64,000 nt of DNA from Candidatus Saccharimonadota bacterium (GTDB lineage Bacteria; Patescibacteriota; Saccharimonadia; Saccharimonadales; OFTM59): contig JAJDCK010000014.1 of the NCBI GenBank assembly GCA_029260855.1, positions 6,018-70,017 of the forward strand. Direction: 5' to 3'. This document shows, one piece after another, positions 8,322-15,219 of this stretch (the first letter of the stretch is position 1; every line of letters starts with the position of its first letter). Below the pieces are notes generated by a model. It was not told where the DNA came from and searched no databases. It worked only from the letters and a program-made list of their open reading frames with translations. The position numbers and the translations under genes were made by a program.

Positions 8322-9026
8322 AGGGTCTCACCCCATAGGAATGAGAAATAGTGTATAGTAACCTTGATGCCGGTTCGAAATGTTGTGCGATACCAAGCAG
8401 CTGACACAAACTATCACGTGTATAATCGTGGCCATAATGCTAGCAAGGTTTTTGTAGAAAACGATGATTATTTATACTTCGAATTCCTGCTCCAAAGATG
8501 CTTTGGACCGAAACAGCTAAAAACCAAGGACAATAAGCTATTCCCTTGGTTTGGCGATAAAGTCAGCCTTGTCGCCTTCTGTCTGATGCCCAACCACTTT
8601 CACCTTCTACTTTATCAAGGCGACCATACAACTGCTTTATCGAAAGCAATGCAAAGCCTAGCAACAACTTATTCAATGTACTTCAACAGGAAATACGGGC
8701 GCAGGGGATCTATTTTTGAAAGTGTTTTCAAATCATGTCTTGTCGCTAATGATTCATACCTTTTGCATATTACCCGATACATTCACCTGAATCCGAAAGA
8801 TCACAAACATTGGAGATATTCGAGCTATGGTGACTATATCAACCGCCCCCGTGACTGGGTAAAAACGAATGAAATTCTAACTATGTTCGATAGCAGCAAA
8901 GAATACGAGCAATTTATGGACGACTATAAAGATCTAAAAAATGAAATTGACGACCTAAAGTATCAGCTTGCTGATTACGCAACAACACATTAAACCATAA
9001 ATATAATATTTTGGGGTGAGACCCTG
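8322..9026 (+). mobile_element. REPtron-like unit: Y1 (HUH) transposase gene flanked by inverted 14-nt REP-like motifs
   Basis: AGGGTCTCACCCCA at 8322-8335 is the exact reverse complement of TGGGGTGAGACCCT at 9012-9025. A further copy (GTGAGACCCTG) sits at 9050-9060. Confidence 0.65.
8364..8993 (+). CDS. REP-associated tyrosine transposase (RayT)/IS200-like Y1 transposase family protein
   Basis: YHVYNRG, LMPNHFHLLL (HUH motif), RRGSIFE..FKS, TRYIHLNP (catalytic Tyr region). Probable ATG at 8367 with TATAGT 7 nt upstream. Confidence 0.8.
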   Translation: MMPVRNVVRYQAADTNYHVYNRGHNASKVFVENDDYLYFEFLLQRCFGPKQLKTKDNKLFPWFGDKVSLVAFCLMPNHFHLLLYQGDHTTALSKAMQSLATTYSMYFNRKYGRRGSIFESVFKSCLVANDSYLLHITRYIHLNPKDHKHWRYSSYGDYINRPRDWVKTNEILTMFDSSKEYEQFMDDYKDLKNEIDDLKYQLADYATTH

Positions 9027-9069
9027 TCTCCTGTCTCATGTATTTCGGTGTGAGACCCTGCTCGCTTAA

Positions 9070-9663
9070 TTATTGGACCCTGCCCAGTTTTGTCTTAATA
9101 CCATCGTGCCCAGAACACATTCCACGATAATCAGGCTTAGAAGGAGTGTCCTGATAACTGACTGAGCCGTCATTACAGATTGCCTTGAGCGGTAAATTAG
9201 AGCTTTCTTCAGCTACTGGTGCCGTGGTTTGACTAGGGCTACTTGAGTTTGTTGCTGCTTCTGCTGCTTTTCTTTGTGTTGCTGCCGCCGCTGCTGCTTC
9301 CTCTGCTATTTTTTTCTGAGCTTCTGTCTCTTGTGCTAATTTATCCGCAGCTTCCTTTTGTGCAATCTCTTCCGTCGCTTTTTTGGCTTCTAGCTCCTGC
9401 TGTTCTTTAGCTTGAGTGTCTTCTTGGCTTGTAAGGCTATTCTGCTGAGTGGTTTCTTCTGGCTGAGTCGTAGCTGCGCCAATCATAATGGGCAGCATAA
9501 TTAAAGCAATTACTGAGGTGAGTATAATCTTTACGTTTTTACTCCAGCTAGATTTTGCCCAAGCGTACCAAATTAAAAAATACGGAAAGAATAGAACTGT
9601 TACTAGCAGTCCCCAGCCGTGTTTGTACCATTCCTTTTTAGTGACCTGCATACTAATAGCCAT
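9070..9663 (-). CDS. membrane-anchored low-complexity protein with C-terminal DUF3761-like Cys motif
   Basis: N-terminal TM helices, an E/A/K/Q-rich linker, and a C-terminal ICNDGSVSYQ...GMCSGHDGI pattern. Confidence 0.6.
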   Translation of the reverse strand: MAISMQVTKKEWYKHGWGLLVTVLFFPYFLIWYAWAKSSWSKNVKIILTSVIALIMLPIMIGAATTQPEETTQQNSLTSQEDTQAKEQQELEAKKATEEIAQKEAADKLAQETEAQKKIAEEAAAAAATQRKAAEAATNSSSPSQTTAPVAEESSNLPLKAICNDGSVSYQDTPSKPDYRGMCSGHDGIKTKLGRVQ

Positions 9664-9797
9664 ATTTTACTTGTTCTACTTGATTATAGTAAATATTTAG
9701 TTTTGGATTTTGAAGAAACGAGGCTATCTTTAGAGTCTTTGCTGGCATCAATTCTGTCTTTGATCGCCATATAAAGTCCAGCTTTTACAGAATTACA

Positions 9798-9990
9798 GGG
9801 TGAGACCCTGCCCCGAGACTCTGCCCCTTTGCAGATTACGTAATAGCACACTAAACCATAAATATAATATTTTGGGGTGAGACCCTGCCCCCTGCCCCTT
9901 TGCAGATTACGTAATAGCACACTAAACCATAAATATAATATTTTGGGGTGAGACCCTGCCCCCTTGGGGTGAGACCCTGCCCCCTGCCCC
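9798..9990 (+). repeat. REP-like cluster: four GGGGTGAGACCCTGCCCC copies, including a perfect 71-bp tandem duplication (9821-9891 / 9892-9962)
   Basis: Motif copies at 9798-9810, 9874-9887, 9945-9958 and 9966-9979. The two 71-bp units are identical base for base by my reading. Each unit also carries a diverged copy of the last ~22 nt of the RayT-like ORF. Confidence 0.85.
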
Positions 9991-10495
9991 AGATACGCTT
10001 ATTGATGCAACAAGACAACGACAAGCTAAAAGGAACGGTTGAAGTAGATGAGACATTTATCGGTGGTAAGGCAAAAATGCACAACAAATATAAGAACAAA
10101 ACGGGCGTTTATGGCGTTACTGAAAGAGGCGGTCAAGCCAAGGCTCTAGTAGCTTACGGTGGAGTTAACGCCACTACCCGATTCCGTTCTTAAAAGCTAA
10201 CGTTAAGGAGGGTTCTAGGGTTATGAGTGACGAAAGTAAGATTTATAATCGGGTGAAGCGTGATTATACCCATGCTTTTGTGACTCATTCTAAGGAGCAA
10301 TACGTTAAAGGTGACATTCACACCAACTCAATTGAGGGGTTTTGGGGCAACATGAAAAATGCCATATCAGGCACTTATCATTGTGTTTCACCAAAGTATC
10401 TACAATCGTATGTAAACGAGTTTGTTTTTAGGTACAACTATAGAGCCGTGCCTATTTGCCCTTTGCTTTTGGAACGGGCTGTGAAGCTTTCTTGA
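9991..10495 (+). pseudogene. IS1595-family (ISXO2-like DDE) transposase remnant: N-terminally truncated and frameshifted
   Basis: LKGTVEVDETFIGGK ... GVTERGG in one frame. After a frameshift near 10170: PIPFLKANVKEGSRVMSDESKIYN ... HTNSIEGFWGNMK...YH.VSPKYLQ.YVNEF.FRYN. The REP cluster abuts the 5' break. Confidence 0.75.
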
Positions 10496-10515
10496 TTAGT
10501 CGTTTGAATAGTTTT

Positions 10516-11109
10516 TTACTCATCATTTCCTTCTATAGAATTTGCTTCTGTGTTAATTAGAATTTTTTGAAGGCCAACGTAAATGGTATTGATCTTCGTG
10601 AATAGTTCTTCTGTCTTGTCATTAATTATATCAATGTCTTTGCCCATTATCTCAAGACCCTTTGCGTCTGTGGTGGCAAAATTATGAAAGAGATTGTTAC
10701 GGCTCTTGGCGATGTCCGCTAGCAGATCCAACACACTATCTCTATCAGGAAAACTAAAGCTTTTGAGCATATCTATGATCGTATTCATTGTTGGTGGTCG
10801 TTTACCCCTGGTGTTTCTTAGATCAATAAAGACGATGCCTGCAAAATCTCTGTAAGTGGATTGGTAAACAAGGTGTCTTAGGTTTTCTAACAAGTTACCG
10901 GCAAGGTATTCGGCAAAACTAGAGTAAATCATTGCAGTCGCTAATCTGGTTTCAACCTCCTGCTTGTCACGAATAGACCTGGCATAGTTGATCAATTCAT
11001 TCTTAATCTCAAGATCATCATGTTCAAATGGTTTAAAGGTTTTCTTTGCCATATCTATATTGTATAGCAAACCACCCTGTCGTAACCAATCAGTCATTAT
11101 TCTTTCCAA
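10516..11109 (-). CDS. orphan protein with HEPN-type RNxxxH motif (possible start ATG 11097)
   Basis: 197 aa, visibly AT-rich. Motif AKSRNNLFHNF in a predicted helical context. No other recognisable domain. Confidence 0.55.
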   Translation of the reverse strand: MERIMTDWLRQGGLLYNIDMAKKTFKPFEHDDLEIKNELINYARSIRDKQEVETRLATAMIYSSFAEYLAGNLLENLRHLVYQSTYRDFAGIVFIDLRNTRGKRPPTMNTIIDMLKSFSFPDRDSVLDLLADIAKSRNNLFHNFATTDAKGLEIMGKDIDIINDKTEELFTKINTIYVGLQKILINTEANSIEGNDE

Positions 11110-11111
11110 TC

Positions 11112-11133
11112 AAAAAGAGAGCCGTAGCTCTCT
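11112..11133 (-). terminator. intrinsic terminator
   Basis: Minus-strand RNA AGAGAGC-UACG-GCUCUCU followed by UUUUUG. Confidence 0.65.
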
Positions 11134-11180
11134 GATTACAATTTAATATTGTTTACTTGCTGTAAGGGGATAGTCGCCTA

Positions 11181-11196
11181 GCTCCTGGGGCCGGAC
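11181..11196 (-). repeat. direct repeat of the tRNA-Asn 3' end (att-like scar)
   Basis: gctcctggggccggac at 11181-11196 is identical to 11352-11367 (T-stem 3' half plus acceptor 3' strand of tRNA-Asn). CCA is replaced by CTA. Confidence 0.7.
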
Positions 11197-11309
11197 AGCG
11201 CTTTCCCGCTTCGCTCGTCGCTTCTCCGCTCAAACAGGCTCAGTGCAAGTACTTGCGTGTGTTGTCGCTACGACGACCTCCGGTTCGAGACTCTGATTCT
11301 CAGAATCCT

Positions 11310-11349
11310 AAAGTAAAAGCCCCAACCAGAGCGGCTAGGGCTTTTACTT
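11310..11349 (-). terminator. 13-bp hairpin immediately after tRNA-Asn
   Basis: AAAGTAAAAGCCC ... GGGCTTTTACTTT. Confidence 0.6.
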
Positions 11350-11424
11350 TGGCTCCTGGGGCCGGACTCGAACCGGCAACCCTCTCGTTAACAGCGAGAT
11401 GCTCTACCATTGAGCTACCCAGGA
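11350..11424 (-). tRNA. tRNA-Asn (GTT), CCA encoded
   Basis: Hand-folded cloverleaf: acceptor UCCUGGG/CCCAGGA, D arm GCUC/GAGC, anticodon stem UCUCG/CGAGA with loop CUGUUAA, T arm GCCGG-UUCGAGU-CCGGC. Confidence 0.95.
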
Positions 11425-11658
11425 TTATCGTCCGTACTTTCACCTTCGCCGGCGCTCTTTAACAGGGGAAATCACTAAAGCCTATTTCTTGGTGAGCGCT
11501 TGCAAACCGGGTCGGACTAAAAGTACTCGCTTCCTCGTTACGGAAAGAGACGACTGACGAATTATAACTAGGGAGAGTTAAACTGGCAACTATCTGTTCC
11601 CTTATCTGCGTTTACTTAAAAGGTCCTGATTCGTGGCTTTGACAGCTTTTTGGATGGT

Positions 11659-11847
11659 TCAAATGCCCTGAGCCATGTCGTCAACGGTTTGCTGGTCAGA
11701 TTTGTTTGCAAGTTCCTCACGAACACTACCCACCCCTTCTACGATTCGCACGATGTCATCTCGTATCTCTTCTTGGAGTACCTCAACTCTATGAACGTCT
11801 GTTTTGAGGCTGTGAACGTCCTGTTTAAGGTTCTGTAAATTTTCCAA
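11659..11847 (-). CDS. possible small coiled-coil protein (TTG start)
   Basis: 62-aa ORF only. No SD or promoter seen. Confidence 0.25.
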   Translation of the reverse strand: MENLQNLKQDVHSLKTDVHRVEVLQEEIRDDIVRIVEGVGSVREELANKSDQQTVDDMAQGI

Positions 11848-11891
11848 AACTTGTTCTTCAAAAGATCTATTAGCCGTGCCGCAATTATATC

Positions 11892-11936
11892 CTATCTTAA
11901 TTGTACGGCGCGTTGAATGCTGCGCTGTTCGTCGCG
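11892..11936 (-). repeat. relic/alternative copy of the smpB 3' end
   Basis: Minus strand reads RDEQRSIQRAVQLR-stop, versus RDEQRGIAFAVKNR-stop at the real smpB end (12533-12577). Same length. 25/33 identical over the core, 14/15 at the 5' side. Confidence 0.65.
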
Positions 11937-11998
11937 TATATTATGGTTGCAGTATGTGTTACTCCAGTGCATAATTAGGTTTATTCAAGGAGTATCAT

Positions 11999-12517
11999 AT
12001 GTCACTGAAAGAAGTACTGGGAGAAAAGCTCACTGCTATTGACAGGGACGCTAAGCAGAAAAAAGCCGTTGCCGAATATATTGTCAGTCTCATCCAGAGC
12101 GATGAACAGAACTTCCTGGAGGCCTACACACCCCCAGCAAGGCCGGGAGCAGATGTGTCTGCGCTTCTATATACGAGTGTAGAGCAAGATATTAGTGGTT
12201 TGATTGGCCATTTCACTAGACCGATAGGGGTATTGACTTCTCATAGAAGACTTAATGAGGAACCAAAATTACCCTCTGCGCGACTCGGTCTGACTGTCTT
12301 TATCCCGGCTCTTGCGGTGCCAGAAGATTTTCCTGAAGATAAGAAGTTCCCGCATTACCTAAGGCTGACGGACGCAGGTACGGAAGTTCTGGATCGTATC
12401 TTAGTATTACAGGGTCAGCCGGGGATTGCTGAACAACATAGACGGAATCGCGAAGAAATTGACCGTGCATTAAATATTGGTAACTCAGGACAAATATCAT
12501 CAGAGACCACAGCTTAA
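11999..12517 (+). CDS. hypothetical protein (cargo of the smpB-end insertion)
   Basis: AAGGAG SD 7 nt before the ATG. 172 aa, no recognisable motif. Confidence 0.7.
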   Translation: MSLKEVLGEKLTAIDRDAKQKKAVAEYIVSLIQSDEQNFLEAYTPPARPGADVSALLYTSVEQDISGLIGHFTRPIGVLTSHRRLNEEPKLPSARLGLTVFIPALAVPEDFPEDKKFPHYLRLTDAGTEVLDRILVLQGQPGIAEQHRRNREEIDRALNIGNSGQISSETTA

Positions 12518-12532
12518 TACGTCCTCTATTGA

Positions 12533-12991
12533 TTATCTGTTCTTTACGGCAAATGCTATGCCGCGTTGTTCGTCGCGAGTTTTGAGAGTTTGGCGCTTGT
12601 CGTATTGCTTTTTGCCCCGCCCTGTTGCGATGCGTAGTTTTATATAGTGTCCGCGTGTAAGAAGCTCTAGCGGGATGAGCGTTAGCCCTTGCTGCTTTTT
12701 GGACATTAGCGTGTCAATCTCTTTGCGCTTGGCGAGCAACCGCCGGCTGCGGGTTTGGTCGGCCTCCGCAATCGGAATGCCCTTGTCGCCGTTGATGCTG
12801 GCGTTGACTAGCCAAAGCTGGTTGTCTTTGACGGTAACGTAAGCGCCGCGCAGCTGGCCGTGGCCGCGGCGTAATGACTTGGTCTCTGCGCCGGTCAGTT
12901 CTATTCCCACGACCAACTCATCACCCAATGCATATTCATGCCGGGCGCGACGATTGCTGATTGAGCCGCTTGGGCCTGTGCGCTTTTTCAT
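12533..12991 (-). CDS. smpB: SsrA-binding protein SmpB
   Basis: NRRARHEY.....E.G..L.G.E.KS.R ... KGY.L.PL.....G..K...A..RGKK.YDKR pattern. Confidence 0.95.
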   Translation of the reverse strand: MKKRTGPSGSISNRRARHEYALGDELVVGIELTGAETKSLRRGHGQLRGAYVTVKDNQLWLVNASINGDKGIPIAEADQTRSRRLLAKRKEIDTLMSKKQQGLTLIPLELLTRGHYIKLRIATGRGKKQYDKRQTLKTRDEQRGIAFAVKNR

Positions 12992-13029
12992 AACAGATTT
13001 ATTCTACCTTACTTAACCCCTTATGTATA

Positions 13030-13058
13030 TAGACAAACATTGACTGATGTGATATAAT
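13030..13058 (+). promoter_or_regulatory. sigma-70-type promoter with extended -10
   Basis: TAGACA, 17 nt spacer, TGATATAAT. ATG at 13067 lies 8 nt downstream of the -10. Confidence 0.55.
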
Positions 13059-13066
13059 AGCAGGAT

Positions 13067-13222
13067 ATGAGTGAAAGACTTTCTGTACGCCCTGTGATTC
13101 AGGATGACTATATCCGTGACTTGTGGGAACGTGATGGGCTGGCCCAAGAAGCTCATGCCCGGATCGCTGGCATGAGTTTGAGGGATATAGTTGATCGGAT
13201 GCCACCGGTACAATGGGATTGA
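13067..13222 (+). CDS. 51-aa ORF, in frame with 13334..14113 across a single TGA
   Basis: Own translation: MSERLSVRPVIQDDYIRDLWERDGLAQEAHARIAGMSLRDIVDRMPPVQWD-TGA. Below the ORF-track length cutoff. Confidence 0.45.
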   Translation: MSERLSVRPVIQDDYIRDLWERDGLAQEAHARIAGMSLRDIVDRMPPVQWD

Positions 13223-13333
13223 GTAGACGGGAACGCTAGGTATGTTGATCTGTGGCCGACCGACCGAGAGACATGTGATTCTGCCCGGGTCGTCGTCGCT
13301 ACCCTTGATTACGGCAATCTTTGGCAGCCCCAT

Positions 13334-14113
13334 ATGGCTATTCGCTTTTTGCACCTACAAACAAGCATGCCTGAACCAACACGTTTTATTATATTTCCGA
13401 ACAACGGGCTTAAAGATACGGCCTATAGCTTAAGCAAGCAGGAGAGGGCTAAGATTACTGAAACTGGAGATTTCTCTCCGATTGCGGTTCAGGAAATGAG
13501 AACACTAGACTATCTGCGCGTTACAGATGTCCGTCGAGCTGACTTTTCTCATGGGGCTGCTGTGGGCGCTGCCATGCTGAGGATGGCTTCGAAAGGCCAC
13601 TATAACCTTGGTCCGTCTGTATTTACCGAAGCGCCGAATGCCATCGCCCGTACAAATAAAGAAATCAGCAAAGCCTTCACCGGTGACGGCGTGAAGCCAT
13701 TAAATAAAGCTATCAATGACTCTGCGATACCAGCTTTTTCTGAGGCTCAACGAGCACGAGGCGGTGCGGTTGACACCTTGCGACAACTTGGTAGATTCGC
13801 GAATTTTGGCCTAGCCGTCTATGGCCGCGCAGAAAACCGGGCTATTGGTAGCGGCTACAAACTTCCCTGTTTTATTGGAGATGTAGAAATTGCGCTTTTA
13901 AATAACCCTGAATTGAAGGTGCTCTTCGTTGCCGGGCTTAAGAGTAAAATCATGAATCAAGCGGCCCGGTTGCGGGTAGAGGAGCTGCACGAACGTTTCC
14001 CCACTCGGACAGATTGTTTAGGGGTTGCGGGCTACGGACATGAGGTCGGCAATAATGTGGCTGCGTATACCATAATTGCCAAGCTCGGTCTCAGCGGGAA
14101 CTACCACAGTTAA
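13334..14113 (+). CDS. hypothetical protein (possibly the C-terminal part of a longer, interrupted gene)
   Basis: 259-aa ORF. The frame is open back to the TGA at 13220. DFSHGAAVG is weakly reminiscent of a hydrolase nucleophile elbow. Confidence 0.6.
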   Translation: MAIRFLHLQTSMPEPTRFIIFPNNGLKDTAYSLSKQERAKITETGDFSPIAVQEMRTLDYLRVTDVRRADFSHGAAVGAAMLRMASKGHYNLGPSVFTEAPNAIARTNKEISKAFTGDGVKPLNKAINDSAIPAFSEAQRARGGAVDTLRQLGRFANFGLAVYGRAENRAIGSGYKLPCFIGDVEIALLNNPELKVLFVAGLKSKIMNQAARLRVEELHERFPTRTDCLGVAGYGHEVGNNVAAYTIIAKLGLSGNYHS

Positions 14114-15204
14114 TTAGCGACCTTAGATCTGGTTATCACAGCCCTGCCGGCTTCCCAGAGAGCAGGTTCGCCACGTTTTTCTTTCATGTAATACCACCAC
14201 TCCACTCCCCATAGGTCAATACGGCGGATGCCGGTAGCGACGGCGTAGTCTAAGCGGTCTTCTAGGCGTTCTGGATTCATGGATTTATACAACTCATCTG
14301 TCGAGGCTGTGTCCATAGTGAATCCATCTGGTAGCCATGATTCAGCCTGTAGCTCGTGGATGATCATATCGCTGCCGTGTAGTAGCTTGTTCCAGCCGGC
14401 CAGGTTGGCGTAAAACCAGGCCGGAAAAGGATACTCAACATATCGTTTGGTAATAGTGCGGTCCCAAACTCGTTTATATACTGATACAGCACTGACATCA
14501 GGGCGTGGTTCACCCACAGCCCAGCCAAGCGCGTTGTTGCTGCGACTGATGATTAGCGGTCTGGTATTGTCTAGGCTTTTGACCATATCGTATTCGGCTA
14601 TTAACCGTTCACGGCTGTAATCTGGGCAGATGCCAAAAGGTCTTAGGAAATACTCGTTCTCTAGCTGCCAGCTCTCTATGATGGGACTATTTTTATAACG
14701 CTCAACAGTTGCGCGGATGTAATCCATGAGTGGTTGCTCCCACTCGCTTTTTGGGAGAGGTCTTGCCCAGTCTGGCATGTGGCACTCTGGCCAACGCGGC
14801 TGGCGAAGTCCGATTGCAAGCGATACGCTAACACCCTCTCTTTTAGCTTTTTCAAGTTGCCAATCCAAAAAAGAAAAGTCATAGCTGCCACGCTCTTTTT
14901 CGCCCTCGGACCAATAGCTAACAAGGCGCATATGCTTGATGCCCAGGTCGTTTATGGTGGCGTCAAGAGTCTCTTCTGCGCTTAGGCCGAACGATTCTGC
15001 GTAGCCAGGAATAAATGTAGCACCAAAAACTAACGGCTTGTTTTGGTTTTTAAGGATATACCACTGCGCAATCCCGTACATACCACTGACAAAAAGCAAC
15101 ACAAAGACAGACAAACAGATTCCGGCCCTTTGCCATAGCCCGCGGCGCCAGTAGTGTTTTAGTCGTAAAATAGCCCTTGTTTGCTTTCTGTGCGAGTTTT
15201 TCAT
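14110..15204 (-). CDS. membrane-anchored TIM-barrel glycoside hydrolase-like protein (clan GH-A)
   Basis: N-terminal TM. WQLENEY (acid/base NE) and HELQAESW (candidate nucleophile) spaced as in the GH5/GH42-type fold. Confidence 0.6.
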   Translation of the reverse strand: MKNSHRKQTRAILRLKHYWRRGLWQRAGICLSVFVLLFVSGMYGIAQWYILKNQNKPLVFGATFIPGYAESFGLSAEETLDATINDLGIKHMRLVSYWSEGEKERGSYDFSFLDWQLEKAKREGVSVSLAIGLRQPRWPECHMPDWARPLPKSEWEQPLMDYIRATVERYKNSPIIESWQLENEYFLRPFGICPDYSRERLIAEYDMVKSLDNTRPLIISRSNNALGWAVGEPRPDVSAVSVYKRVWDRTITKRYVEYPFPAWFYANLAGWNKLLHGSDMIIHELQAESWLPDGFTMDTASTDELYKSMNPERLEDRLDYAVATGIRRIDLWGVEWWYYMKEKRGEPALWEAGRAVITRSKVAN

Positions 15205-15219
15205 CTATACTTGTTGCTA

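Noticed and set aside
9821-9962. Tandem 71-bp repeats considered as a CRISPR array or minisatellite.
   Set aside because: There are only two units, directly abutting with no unique spacers, and each is a copy of the RayT-gene 3' end plus REP. No cas genes are present.
9684-10099. ORF-track ORFs 9684..9920 and 9851..10099 (minus), and the first 45 nt of 9948..10193.
   Set aside because: They are generated by translating the REP/tandem-repeat DNA (repeated GRGQGLTPK peptides). There are no start signals.
11425-11890. Looked for ssrA (tmRNA) downstream of smpB and around tRNA-Asn. This is a roughly 230-460 bp ORF-poor region, and one frame even reads ANKSDQQTVDDMAQGI-stop, vaguely tag-like.
   Set aside because: There is no GGGG...UUCGAC-type 5' end, no tRNA-Ala-like T-arm/ACCA 3' end, and no complementary acceptor halves on either strand. 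The only GGTTCGA-type T-loops belong to the two tRNAs. The tag-like reading is just the end of the dubious 62-aa ORF.
13220-13222. Alternative genetic code (TGA as a sense codon, code 4/25), as in some candidate phyla.
   Set aside because: TGA terminates well-conserved genes at the expected ends (response regulator 7271-7273, atpG 27626-27628). Conserved proteins contain no internal TGA.
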